From IMG/VR virus record IMGVR_UViG_3300045988_155182: a stretch of DNA of 64,000 nucleotides. The stretch is one strand, 5' to 3'. The translations under genes were made by a program, and so were the position numbers. Positions 39,078 through 48,604 of the stretch are shown here, piece by piece (the stretch's first letter is position 1; each line of letters begins with the position of its first letter). This DNA is from a virus (lineage: Duplodnaviria; Heunggongvirae; Uroviricota; Caudoviricetes). The notes below the pieces were generated by a model. The model saw nothing but the letters and a program-made list of their open reading frames with translations. It was not told where the DNA came from and made no database searches.

Positions 39078-40022
39078 GTGAATTATCTCTTCGTAGATGG
39101 CAATAGCCTGGGTTATTACCACCAACAATCTGACAAATTGCACAACGGCGAAATGGAAGTACAGGCTGCTTTCGGCTTTGTTAAGAACGTCCGTCGTTAT
39201 GCCTCCATCCTCCATGCCCGACCTATGATTCTTTGGGATGGATTTAGTGACAAGCGTCGCGACTTTTACCCGGACTACAAGGCAAATCGCGACGACGATC
39301 CTGATATGAAAAAGATGAAGGAAGGCTTTGCTATCCAGAAGCCATACATCCTCAAAATGATGACCGCGCTTGGAGTTACCCAACTCATTGCAAAAGATGC
39401 AGAAGCGGATGATCTGGCCGGGCTGCTGGTATCCCGCATGGCACCGCAGCCAACCGTTGAACACATCTATCTGTTAACAGGCGATAGCGACTGGCTTCAG
39501 TTAGTTCGCGAAAACGTAAGCTGGGTAAGCCTGCGTGAAGAAGCCAAAAACAAGCAGGTTAATTTTGAGCAATTTGCGGAGCTGACAGGATTCGCCACGC
39601 CTCGCGCATTTTTGGAAGCAAAAGCATTACAAGGCGATAACTCGGACAACATTAGCGGTGTTGGTGGCATTGGTGCTGGCGGTGCGAAAGAGCTGCTGCA
39701 TGAATGGGGAAGTGTCGCAACGATGGTACGCGGCATCAACGACGGCTCAATCGTGGTTAATAAAGGGCGTCATAAGACCGCCTTCAACAAACTAGCGAAG
39801 AATGCCTTCAACGAGAAAACAGGCTGTCGAATGCTCGAAGCGTTCAAGAGAAACATCACGCTAATGAACCTGATTGAGACGAAGTTTCCGCCTACCGAAA
39901 TCGAAACAATCAAAGGCAATCGTGACGTGAAAGCATTCGAGCAACTGTGCTACGAGCTGAATTTCCGTTCGTTCCTTGAAGACCTTGAAGTGTTTGTTCT
40001 TCCATTCGAAAGGTATTGCTAA
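39078..40022 (+). CDS. 5'-3' exonuclease / flap endonuclease (FEN, RNase H-like)
   Basis: GTG start after GGAAGGA RBS and downstream of the terminator; motifs NYLFVDGNSLGYY, TGDSDWLQLV, H3TH-like DNISGVGGIGAGGAKELL. Confidence 0.7.
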   Translation: MNYLFVDGNSLGYYHQQSDKLHNGEMEVQAAFGFVKNVRRYASILHARPMILWDGFSDKRRDFYPDYKANRDDDPDMKKMKEGFAIQKPYILKMMTALGVTQLIAKDAEADDLAGLLVSRMAPQPTVEHIYLLTGDSDWLQLVRENVSWVSLREEAKNKQVNFEQFAELTGFATPRAFLEAKALQGDNSDNISGVGGIGAGGAKELLHEWGSVATMVRGINDGSIVVNKGRHKTAFNKLAKNAFNEKTGCRMLEAFKRNITLMNLIETKFPPTEIETIKGNRDVKAFEQLCYELNFRSFLEDLEVFVLPFERYC

Positions 40023-40288
40023 TGCTTAAATCGATTATCAATGGCGCTACAACCACCCCTGCCCAACTGGCAAAAGAGATTGTCTTTTATCACGGTGAGT
40101 ACGCTGTCATCGCACTGCCGTCAATTCTAGGCGCTGCCGGAATGAAAGCGACAGATCGCGAGTTTGGATTAGTCAGCGAGCAGGTCGTAAAAATCCTCGC
40201 TCGTGTATCCAGACTCCTTAACCACGATGCGATTGTATTCGATGAATCCGCCGCTTTAAAACGAATCAACGAAACAAAAGGAGCCTGA
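40016..40288 (+). CDS. Hypothetical protein
   Basis: 90-aa ORF overlapping the FEN stop. Confidence 0.4.
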   Translation: MLMLKSIINGATTTPAQLAKEIVFYHGEYAVIALPSILGAAGMKATDREFGLVSEQVVKILARVSRLLNHDAIVFDESAALKRINETKGA

Positions 40289-40290
40289 TC

Positions 40291-41364
40291 ATGGCAAAAG
40301 GAAAATCCGCACTGGCACTTGCTCTGAAAAAGAAAATCGGTAGCAACGACGAAATTCAGAAAGTAACTCATTGGATTGATACAGGCTTTCCACCGTTAAA
40401 CAAAGCTATTTCTGGTCGTTACGATGGCGGCTTCCCATGTGGTCGTATCGTCGAAGTATTCGGTCCTCCAAGTGCAGGGAAAACGTTCCTTGCAACAGCA
40501 GCGATGATCTCCGCTCAAAAACAAGATGGTCTGGCGGTATTCCTCGATCATGAAAACAGTTTTGACGTTGGCCTGGCTGTCGCCAATGGCCTGAACGCAG
40601 ATGAGGATGACGGTCAGTGGGTATACAAGCAGCCAGATACCTTCGAAGACTCTGTAGAGTTGATCGGCACAATACTTAAATTGGTTCGTGATGAAGAGCT
40701 TATCCCTGAATCAGCACCTATCTGTATCGTGGCTGACTCTCTTGCGTCTATGGTTCCGAACTCCAAAGCCGAGAAGTTCGAAAAGATGGCTGAAGGCACT
40801 GCCAAAGACAAAGATCAGCTAAACATGAACGACAATACGGCACTGGCTCGTGCGACGAGTGCGAACTTCCCTACTCTGGCTTTGTGGGCACGCAAATACA
40901 ACGCCTGCATCATCTTCTTGAATCAGGTTCGCACAAAAATCGGTGTAATGTTTGGCGACCCTACTACGTCGCCAGGTGGAGATTCACCGAAGTTCTACGC
41001 TTCTGTACGTATCCGTCTTGGTGCATCGGTGATGAAGGATGGTAAAGAGAAGATCGGCCAGGACGTAGGCGCAGAATGCATCAAAAACAAAGTTGCACCA
41101 CCGTATGGCAAATGCACCTGGAAATTCTACTTCGATCCTACTCGTGGCCTCGACGTTATCGAATCGCTCGTCGAGTACATGCTGGAAGAAGGATACCTGC
41201 CAAAGAACGCCAGCGGGCGAGTTGAAATTGGTGACAAGAAATACACCAAATCGCAGATCGTTGAGATGTATCGGGAGAAGCCACTGGCTGAAATCATTGC
41301 GGCTTTGCAGGCAATCGACGACCGAAGAGCAAAAGACAACCCCACCGAGTCAGTAGAAGAGTAA
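40291..41364 (+). CDS. recA: RecA-family recombinase
   Basis: Walker A GPPSAGKTF; RecA core block IIFLNQVRTKIGVMFGDPTTSPGGDSPKFYASVRIRLG closely matches bacterial RecA. Confidence 0.85.
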   Translation: MAKGKSALALALKKKIGSNDEIQKVTHWIDTGFPPLNKAISGRYDGGFPCGRIVEVFGPPSAGKTFLATAAMISAQKQDGLAVFLDHENSFDVGLAVANGLNADEDDGQWVYKQPDTFEDSVELIGTILKLVRDEELIPESAPICIVADSLASMVPNSKAEKFEKMAEGTAKDKDQLNMNDNTALARATSANFPTLALWARKYNACIIFLNQVRTKIGVMFGDPTTSPGGDSPKFYASVRIRLGASVMKDGKEKIGQDVGAECIKNKVAPPYGKCTWKFYFDPTRGLDVIESLVEYMLEEGYLPKNASGRVEIGDKKYTKSQIVEMYREKPLAEIIAALQAIDDRRAKDNPTESVEE

Positions 41365-41368
41365 ACAC

Positions 41369-41393
41369 AAGGCGTCCACAGGACGCCTTTTTT
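41369..41393 (+). terminator. Rho-independent terminator after recA
   Basis: ggcgtcc-aca-ggacgcc then tttttt. Confidence 0.8.
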
Positions 41394-41408
41394 ATCTCTT
41401 GAAAATAT

Positions 41409-41424
41409 ATAAGTACTTACTTAT
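41409..41424. promoter_or_regulatory. Perfect copy of the dispersed palindrome ATAAGTA-CT-TACTTAT
   Basis: Between the recA terminator and the next gene. Confidence 0.5.
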
Positions 41425-41456
41425 TATTTTCGCATAACAACCACATAGGAAAACAC

Positions 41457-41657
41457 ATGATCAAAATCTATCTATTGGCAGTAGCCACAGGCCTTTCAGT
41501 GGCTCTCATCTACGGTTTACTGGTTCCGTCGCTGATTTCTACCAAGAGTGATTTAGCCGTCATGTTTGGAGTTATCGTTGGTTTTGGTGCTCCTGTAATC
41601 GGTCTTATTGCTGGTCGTAAGTTTATCAACTCATTAATCAAAGCAAAGGGGAAATAA
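41457..41657 (+). CDS. Small two-TM membrane protein (NfeD-like partner of the SPFH protein?)
   Basis: 66 aa with two hydrophobic helices; 4 nt upstream of the SPFH gene. Confidence 0.5.
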   Translation: MIKIYLLAVATGLSVALIYGLLVPSLISTKSDLAVMFGVIVGFGAPVIGLIAGRKFINSLIKAKGK

Positions 41658-41660
41658 GTA

Positions 41661-42491
41661 ATGAAGAAAGGTTTACTTGCAGTTGCTCTGGCGGCTATTT
41701 GCACAATGGGTCTTACTGGCTGCGATCGCGTGGAGCCTGGATACGTTGGCATCAAAGTAAACAAATTAGGTGAAGACAAAGGGATTGGTGAAGTGGTTGG
41801 CGTTGGTCGCCAATGGACAGGTCTTAACACCGAACTTTACGTATTCCCGACCTTCAAACAAATGAAGACCTACGACGAGCCGTTCACATTCCAGATGAGT
41901 GACGGTACTGCTATTGGTCACAAAATTGGCGTTGCGTATCTGGTTAATCGTGACAAGGTAACGACGGTGTTCCAGACCTATCGCAAAGGCGTAGACGATA
42001 TCACCGAATCAGATCTGCGTCAGAAAATTGCCGACTCTCTAAACCGTTTGGCCAGCCGTATGACCACTGACTCATTTATCGACGGTGGTAAGGCACAATT
42101 GCTGGACAACGCACTGAAAGATATTCAGAAAGAGATGTCTCCGGTTGGTATTGAGGTACTGAGCCTGTCATGGGTTGGAAAGCCTGATTACCCAAAAACT
42201 GTCATTGAATCTATTAACGCCAAAGTAACGGCTAACCAGCGTACTCTGCAACGTCAGCAGGAAGTTGAACAACGTAAAGCTGAGGCGAATATGCTACGTG
42301 AACAGGCTAATGGTGAAGCTGATGCTATCCGTGCTCGTGCGCAAGCAGAAGCAGACGCCATTCGTCTGCGCGGTGAAGCTCTGCGTCAAAACCCGAACGT
42401 TATGGAACTGGAAGCCATCAATAAATGGAATGGCCAGTTACCGCAGTACATGACTCAAGGGGCTAACACTCCTTTCATTACAGTGAAATAA
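41661..42491 (+). CDS. SPFH/band-7 domain lipoprotein
   Basis: Lipoprotein signal LTGC; SPFH-like core; coiled-coil ...QEVEQRKAEANMLREQANGEADAIRARAQAEADAIR...; C-terminal INKWNGQLPQYM. Confidence 0.6.
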   Translation: MKKGLLAVALAAICTMGLTGCDRVEPGYVGIKVNKLGEDKGIGEVVGVGRQWTGLNTELYVFPTFKQMKTYDEPFTFQMSDGTAIGHKIGVAYLVNRDKVTTVFQTYRKGVDDITESDLRQKIADSLNRLASRMTTDSFIDGGKAQLLDNALKDIQKEMSPVGIEVLSLSWVGKPDYPKTVIESINAKVTANQRTLQRQQEVEQRKAEANMLREQANGEADAIRARAQAEADAIRLRGEALRQNPNVMELEAINKWNGQLPQYMTQGANTPFITVK

Positions 42492-42507
42492 CTCCCCTTA
42501 AAAGTTC

Positions 42508-42532
42508 AGGCGTCCAGTTGGACGCCTTTTTT
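42508..42532 (+). terminator. Rho-independent terminator after the SPFH gene
   Basis: aggcgtcc-agtt-ggacgcct then ttttt; same stem as the terminators at 39033 and 41369. Confidence 0.8.
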
Positions 42533-42582
42533 ATCGCAATTATCTTATTAAGAAAACAATTTGTTTAAAGGGTTAAGAAAAT

Positions 42583-43008
42583 ATGACAGCTATTAAGAAA
42601 CTCTACGATGCCGCAAACGCGGCTCTGGATGTTATTGATGATGAAGTATCAAAAGGCTTTCCTGAACCTGATTGGGCGCATCAGCTACGAAACGCTATCG
42701 CCGAAATGAATCCACCAGATCCGACCACCGAGGAGACAGACTGGCAGCGATTCATCCGTATGTACGCTCAGGAAATAGGTCCAACGCCAACGGCAGAGCA
42801 GGCAATGCTGCTGAAATACTTCAAAGAGGCGGGAGAGGATTTACCAATTGATGACTCAGCATATTGGTTCCACTGCGCATGGCGTAAGTATGACGTGATA
42901 TTCACACAAGGCATGGGAAGCAAAGATATGGTTGTGTGGCATCTACTCCATATAGACACAGCCGTTGACAGAGTTATTGAACAGTTTTTCCCTAAACAAG
43001 AAGATTGA
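42583..43008 (+). CDS. Hypothetical protein
   Basis: 141-aa ORF preceded by the AAACAATTTGTTTAAA palindrome. Confidence 0.5.
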   Translation: MTAIKKLYDAANAALDVIDDEVSKGFPEPDWAHQLRNAIAEMNPPDPTTEETDWQRFIRMYAQEIGPTPTAEQAMLLKYFKEAGEDLPIDDSAYWFHCAWRKYDVIFTQGMGSKDMVVWHLLHIDTAVDRVIEQFFPKQED

Positions 43009-43063
43009 TCGCCTATTCATAACTAACAAAATAAGTAAACACTAACCACAAAAGGAAAAACAC

Positions 43064-43339
43064 ATGAGAGTTTTAGTTCGAATCGTTACCAGCACTGTCT
43101 ATGACGTGTTTCCGGTTTTTATGGTCAAAGCCGATGGCCTTAACGACGAAGAAACTGACGCGCTGATCCAGCGTATTCTCGTTGAATATACAGGTCATGA
43201 CGCTGATTCAGTGATGGTTGATGATGATGGTGTTTGTTGGCATAACGGCAACTGTTGGTACGTAGAAGAGACTCAACAAATCAGTGATGAAGATGCCGAA
43301 CATCTTGAGCGTATTTTAAGCATCAGCACTTTTGAGTGA
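43064..43339 (+). CDS. Hypothetical protein
   Basis: AAAGGAAAAACACATG start context. Confidence 0.5.
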   Translation: MRVLVRIVTSTVYDVFPVFMVKADGLNDEETDALIQRILVEYTGHDADSVMVDDDGVCWHNGNCWYVEETQQISDEDAEHLERILSISTFE

Positions 43340-43554
43340 GTTTACAGTAAAATTTATATAAGTTAGTATCTACCTATCATGAAGATTTTTATTGAATACT
43401 TGTTACTCATCGTTTCAATAGCTTTTGTCATCGACTGCATTTTCACTGGTGTCATTCGTAAAGTCTTTTCCCCGGTGCACGACGTAGTCATAAACGCTTT
43501 GGCTATCGTGCTCGTATTTAATTCAGCATTTGATGTAATCAAAGAGGTGGCAGC

Positions 43555-43890
43555 ATGAAGGCCATCCCATTCGCGCTGTTGTTCCTTTCTTCGATCGTTG
43601 TGGCCGACACCACTGTTTATCAGTGTGAAATGTCTGTAGCCGACGTTAAGAATGGCGCTCTTACCGACGTCATAAAAGCACCATATGGAGCGATGGTCGT
43701 AGACAGCGGCGACCAGTTCTATGTTGTGCGTGACGATCGAGTGTTGTCATCCCCATATCTCACAAATCGTAATGGCAAATTAACCGGCGTCGGAGAAGAC
43801 CACTTCGTATACAACAAATACAAGGGCTTCTATGGCGTTCACGCTTCTCAGCAAAGCTACCTTTTCGATGACTGCAAGGAGGTTGGATAA
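43555..43890 (+). CDS. Hypothetical secreted protein
   Basis: N-terminal signal peptide MKAIPFALLFLSSIVVA. Confidence 0.5.
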   Translation: MKAIPFALLFLSSIVVADTTVYQCEMSVADVKNGALTDVIKAPYGAMVVDSGDQFYVVRDDRVLSSPYLTNRNGKLTGVGEDHFVYNKYKGFYGVHASQQSYLFDDCKEVG

Positions 43891-44102
43891 TGGCATTAAC
43901 ACTGGCAGGTCTGGAAATCGAGAAAACAAGCGGCTACTGGCGTGCTAAGGGTTTCAAGCAGCCTGGCATTCTTGAGCGTCTGGAACGTGAAGATGGGTAT
44001 ATCGTCCACCAGCGGCGTGAATGGCGTATGTACGATCCAGAAACAGGAAAACTGACTACAAAAGCCGGAACACTTTGGGGTCTGTTGAAGAAAATACACT
44101 AA
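43890..44102 (+). CDS. Hypothetical small protein
   Basis: 70-aa ORF; start overlaps the upstream stop. Confidence 0.4.
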   Translation: MALTLAGLEIEKTSGYWRAKGFKQPGILERLEREDGYIVHQRREWRMYDPETGKLTTKAGTLWGLLKKIH

Positions 44103-44110
44103 TAGCACCA

Positions 44111-44590
44111 ACCACTGCGGTGAGTAGTCTGCTCACCGCATTCGTATCCAGCTCATTATCCACTGTAGTCAGTAACAAAACCTTCCTACATATCTGCTAA
44201 CCACTGTAGCGAGTAGACAGCCTTTCATTCGCATCAAACAACCACTATGGTGAGTATTGGAGTGAGATGTCCAGCGGGTATCCACTATGGTGAGTAAGCC
44301 TTTGCTGTTTTCAGTGGATATCCACTCGCCACAGTGGATACGCTCAAAGATGAGGGCGACAACAACCACTATAGACAGTAAATTTTCCAAGATACCCAGT
44401 GACCACTAACCTCGCAGCCCTTGTTTCATCAGTGTTAGTGATCACTAACATTTAATTCAGTATTTGCATTCTACTGCCTACAGTGGTTATCAACAGATAA
44501 CGATACTCACTATAGTGGATAGCGAATTACAGATATAAGTAAGGCTCACTACAGTGGATAGTGAGCCTTACTACTAACTACAGTGGTTGG
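44111..44590. repeat. Iteron array (about 11 copies, both orientations) downstream of repA; incA-like
   Basis: Repeated (A/T)CCACT(A/G)T(A/G)G(T/C)GAGTA at 44111, 44158, 44199, 44241, 44281, 44321, 44365; inverted copies at 44480, 44506, 44546, 44578. Confidence 0.8.
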
Positions 44591-44591
44591 G

Positions 44592-45647
44592 CTATTTGCG
44601 AGTCTTTGCCTTGCGCAACTCTTCGAGAAGCGCCAGTTCTTCTTTACTCAACATGACCATTTTGCCTTCTTTTTCGTCAGGCACAACGTCGATAATGTCA
44701 TCTTGATTCTCATCTGGGAGGCTATATTCCGTCTCATCATTATCGATTTTTGTTGATATTTGTGCCTGGCGTAACTTTGGCCGCCTATAGTGGATGACGA
44801 AGTAGACCGAGTTTCCGCGCTTAACTTCCGTGTAATCGAGATATCCTATCTCTCGCAGCTGTTCCATAGCCTTTCTTACCGTCGCATTCTGAGTAATAGT
44901 GCGACTTGTCAGATTAAGTCTGGCGCGTAAACGGGCTAGTGATATTGGTGCCGGATCAGGCGGCAAACTTTCAATAAAAGTATAAAGCGCCTGAGCGGAT
45001 TCTTTTCTTGAGAGTTCGTTTATAGCCCGGAGTTGCAGAAGAACCTTTTTGTCGAACTGGTAGAGTTCGAAAATCTTGGGATCTGCTTTCAGTTCGACCG
45101 TATCGTGCTTGACACTATATTTTGCCGTTTGCACAAGATGCGTTACGTAAAACTCATCAGAGCCTTTGCTACGGAACGAGATGGTATTTGTGGCAATACG
45201 GCTTAGCGAACTGTCCAGGCGTTTGCGTAACTTCGCTGATGACCTGGCGGTCGGAATGCCACACAGCCTTACAAACTCAACGAACGGCAACGTGACAGTA
45301 TCGCCAACGACCTTGTGTTTGGCAAACGCGTGGATTATTCCCACCCACGTTTTAAAGTCGTTATCCATATCAAGCCGAAGGCCAGAGATCCTTATGTCTT
45401 CGTACCCTTCGGCTTTTGCCAGAGACAGCTGTTTGAGTTCAGCAGAGGCATCCATAGAGACCATTTGCCCCTTTCTTCCTCTGGATGTCGATTTCAGCGT
45501 CGGAACGAAGAGGCCCAGACGCATCAAAGCAACAGGCTGAACAGTGTTATTAGTGTTAGGAACCAACGTAACAACTTCGCCTGTCTTTTTATCTGTTTCT
45601 GAAAATGCTTCAACGATCGCTATGTTTTTATTGCCGTTTTCGCTCAT
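44592..45647 (-). CDS. repA: Replication initiator protein (RepA-like, iteron-binding)
   Basis: 351-aa ORF flanked on both sides by iteron arrays; size and context typical of Rep_3-type initiators. Sequence family not verifiable by eye. Confidence 0.6.
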   Translation of the reverse strand: MSENGNKNIAIVEAFSETDKKTGEVVTLVPNTNNTVQPVALMRLGLFVPTLKSTSRGRKGQMVSMDASAELKQLSLAKAEGYEDIRISGLRLDMDNDFKTWVGIIHAFAKHKVVGDTVTLPFVEFVRLCGIPTARSSAKLRKRLDSSLSRIATNTISFRSKGSDEFYVTHLVQTAKYSVKHDTVELKADPKIFELYQFDKKVLLQLRAINELSRKESAQALYTFIESLPPDPAPISLARLRARLNLTSRTITQNATVRKAMEQLREIGYLDYTEVKRGNSVYFVIHYRRPKLRQAQISTKIDNDETEYSLPDENQDDIIDVVPDEKEGKMVMLSKEELALLEELRKAKTRK

Positions 45648-45694
45648 TCCAAATGTCTCTTGTTATTCGACGGCTTTGGTGGCCTTTGCTGATT

Positions 45695-45807
45695 ACAGTG
45701 GATAGTAGCACTCATCACAGCGGTTATCCTACCGTCTATAGTGGTTTTTCTCCTCTCTATAGTGGTTGCTTTGCTCCCTATAGTGGATTATTCGCTCTCT
45801 ATAGTGG
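45695..45807. repeat. Iteron array upstream of repA (incC-like): CTATAGTGG repeated at exact 21-bp spacing
   Basis: ctatagtgg at 45736, 45757, 45778, 45799, plus degenerate copies at 45697 and 45716. Confidence 0.8.
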
Positions 45808-45839
45808 ATATCGATCATGTCTGAAGGCAGATGGCACAA

Positions 45840-46310
45840 CGGTTTGAGGTGGGCGGGGATCTTATTGGGTCTTTATGGGTCTCTTTGGTTCTCTTTGTGA
45901 TCTGAATTACTGGATCGGGCCTGTGGATAAAAATCAGAGGATTTCAAGAACAGGTAACTCTACTCTTCTGTGGATATTTAAGGACATAAGAATCATGACT
46001 AAGAGTAGAGTTTAAAATATATCTATGTATATCAGTATGTTAATGAAGAATTAAGTCATTAAGTTATCCATAAAAGACAATGTGCTCTACTCTCTACAGT
46101 GGATATATACAGCTCTCCAGAGTGGTTGTTTTACTCTTCATAGCGGTTATTCAGCTCTCTACAGAGGTTTCTTTGCTCTCCATAGTGGATGGCAACACCC
46201 TTTCAGACCAGTAACCGCAACGGCTAGAGGCGATCGGGGATCTCTTTGGATCTTCTATTTGATCTTACTTGGGATCTCTTATTTGGATCTATCCAGTGGA
46301 TAACTGGGAT
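45840..46310. other. Origin-like region: DnaA boxes, a GATC cluster, A+T-rich DNA and a third iteron set
   Basis: Perfect DnaA box TGTGGATAA at 45922-45930 and 1-mismatch boxes near 45969, 46064, 46296; at least 6 GATC within 46224-46295 (mostly GGATCT). Confidence 0.6.
46094..46188. repeat. Third iteron set, five degenerate copies at about 21-bp spacing
   Basis: ctacagtgg, ccagagtgg, tcatagcgg, ctacagagg, ccatagtgg at 46094, 46117, 46138, 46159, 46180. Confidence 0.65.
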
Positions 46311-46390
46311 AAGTAAAACAGGCAAATGCAGATTAAGGTATGCCTAATGAGTTATCGTAGCATCGGCCAATAACTACTGAAAAAACGATT

Positions 46391-47035
46391 ATGGATCTAA
46401 AACGCACGCGCTGGGTTCGTCGTCTTGAGGACGGCTCCTACACTATCGAATCAAATTCCAACCTGAATAAGCAGAAGTTACTTTGTGATATCTGCGGTAT
46501 AGCGGCGAAGTGCCCGATCTACGAAACCAGAATTAAACTTGATAAGGCTGGTGTGAACTTTCATTTGAATAGTTGTATCAGGTACGTTCCATTGCTCGCA
46601 TTTCGTAAACCGATCATCGGATTGGATGCGCCCTACTTCAACACACTCCGTTCAGGAGTAACGTGGCGAGATCGTTTATCACCAGACAAACTGATTTGCC
46701 TTGTATCCGCAGATACAGGAAAAATCATTCGTTTTGGGAAAGTAGACAAGGTTTACTCAGGCCCAGTTGACGAGATGTTGCGGAAACACAGCCGGTTTAA
46801 TCACCTCTGCATGGGTGGTGAGAAAATCGAGAAGGTTGAAGAAGTGATCCGCAAATCCTACGGACACTTCCTGACCAAAGATAGCCTGCTCACTGCAATC
46901 TACATCAGACATGTAAAACGTGAGTTCGACCTTGAATACCATAGCGAAGAAGAACTGAACCTTGTCGATCCACGTCCTAAAGCTGGCGTCATAAGCATAA
47001 ATGCAGCGCGTAAAAAGCCCACTGACGCGCTGTAA
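46391..47035 (+). CDS. Hypothetical protein
   Basis: 214-aa ORF immediately after the origin region. Confidence 0.45.
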   Translation: MDLKRTRWVRRLEDGSYTIESNSNLNKQKLLCDICGIAAKCPIYETRIKLDKAGVNFHLNSCIRYVPLLAFRKPIIGLDAPYFNTLRSGVTWRDRLSPDKLICLVSADTGKIIRFGKVDKVYSGPVDEMLRKHSRFNHLCMGGEKIEKVEEVIRKSYGHFLTKDSLLTAIYIRHVKREFDLEYHSEEELNLVDPRPKAGVISINAARKKPTDAL

Positions 47036-47289
47036 CCCTCCAGATCGTATATTGGCGTAGATAGAATCTACGCCCCCTCAAAATAGCTCTCATAGCGTTC
47101 TACAGTGATCCTGTCTTATTTTTAGTCATACAGACAAGCAAAGTTGCGCCACGATAAATAGGTATATACTTACTTATAAATTTTGTATATTAAGGCGCTC
47201 GTTTCATTCCTAACATACCGTTATGCATAGTTGTTTACCTCCTCATTGCTCTTAGAATTTGTATCAAAATAACCACAAAGGAAAAACAC

Positions 47290-48375
47290 ATGACTTTGCC
47301 ATACGGCGTCATTTCTGACTGCCACTACCACAAATGGGATGCGTTCTCCACGACGAACGCTGAGGGGCTTAACTCCAGACTTGAAATACAGTTGGAAGCA
47401 ACGAAAGAAGCAGCCATCGCCATGAAGAAGGCCGGTTGTAAGTACATGTTGGTTGCCGGTGATACATTTCACGTCCGAGGAACTGTGTCCCCTTCTGTTT
47501 TGCATTACGTAACTGAAACGTACAAGTGGATTATCAACGAGCTTGATCTGACAGTAGTAATGCTGGCCGGTAATCACGATCTTGAAACCAACGATTCAGT
47601 ATATAGCGCCAACGCAGCAGCATCGCTGAGTTCTATCGGCGTGGTAATCGTATGTGGCAAGCGCCCACACTCAATAAAAATTGGCGATGTGACTGTCCAC
47701 CTGATTAGCTGGCGTAACAATCATGCGGAGCTTATCAGCGATCTGAAAGCATTACGTAAGAGCGTAGAAGGTGATAATCATGACGTTGTTATCCATACAT
47801 CCATTAACAAAGCCATTCCAACAATGCCTGACGTCGGTATCGATGCGCAGGAGTTAAAGGATATCGGCTTTCGTCTCGTGCTTAGTGGGCATTACCACAA
47901 CCACAAAGAGGTCATTCCTGGAGTTATCAGTGTCGGTGCACTGACTCATCAAAATTGGGGAGATGTTGGATCTCTGGCTGGCTACATGATCGTAAACCCG
48001 GACGGCAGTTTCAGTCACTACGAAACCAGTGCGCCTAAATTCATTAACCTGGAAGATGATGTTGCTGATGACCAAATTCGCGGCAACTACGTGCGTTTCC
48101 GCGCCGTAATTGAGAACGATGAAGAAGGCATTAAGTACCAGAACATCCTCAAAACAATGGGTGCAAAAGGTGTCGTGTGCAACTTCATCCGTAAGTCATC
48201 AATGATGGAAGGTACAGCCAGCACAACTGAAACCAGCAAAATCGATAGCCTGGGAGAGTCGGTATCTGCTTATTGCAAGATTGTCCACGATACTGACGGC
48301 GGATTTGATCTGAGCAAATTGGATATTTTGTGTCAGGAAATCCTCACCGAAGCGGAGAGTTCGGAGGCTGTGTGA
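47290..48375 (+). CDS. sbcD: SbcD/Mre11-family nuclease
   Basis: Calcineurin-like phosphoesterase motifs GDTFH, GNHD, SGHYH; AAAGGAAAAACACATG start context. Confidence 0.8.
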   Translation: MTLPYGVISDCHYHKWDAFSTTNAEGLNSRLEIQLEATKEAAIAMKKAGCKYMLVAGDTFHVRGTVSPSVLHYVTETYKWIINELDLTVVMLAGNHDLETNDSVYSANAAASLSSIGVVIVCGKRPHSIKIGDVTVHLISWRNNHAELISDLKALRKSVEGDNHDVVIHTSINKAIPTMPDVGIDAQELKDIGFRLVLSGHYHNHKEVIPGVISVGALTHQNWGDVGSLAGYMIVNPDGSFSHYETSAPKFINLEDDVADDQIRGNYVRFRAVIENDEEGIKYQNILKTMGAKGVVCNFIRKSSMMEGTASTTETSKIDSLGESVSAYCKIVHDTDGGFDLSKLDILCQEILTEAESSEAV

Positions 48376-48604
48376 AGCAAAGTCGTTATGGGAGCTTTCG
48401 AGACTTTGCCATCACGATGAAAAGACTTGAACGAGGCCAGACGGTGATGTTTCACAAGCCCTACCCGCCACAAGGAAATCCCGTAGCGTTTTATCTTGGA
48501 AGGTTAACAAGAAAAGGCGTATTGAGGCGCAGATCCTTCCCGGCGCATACGGAGTTCAGATTGAAAGAAGGCCAAAAGCTAACACACGGTATCAGAGGTG
48601 TTAT

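Noticed and set aside
44111-46188. Possible CRISPR array
   Set aside because: Repeats are short (9-19 bp), degenerate, present in both orientations and spaced about 21 bp or irregularly, with no uniform spacers and no cas genes; they fit replication iterons around a Rep gene.
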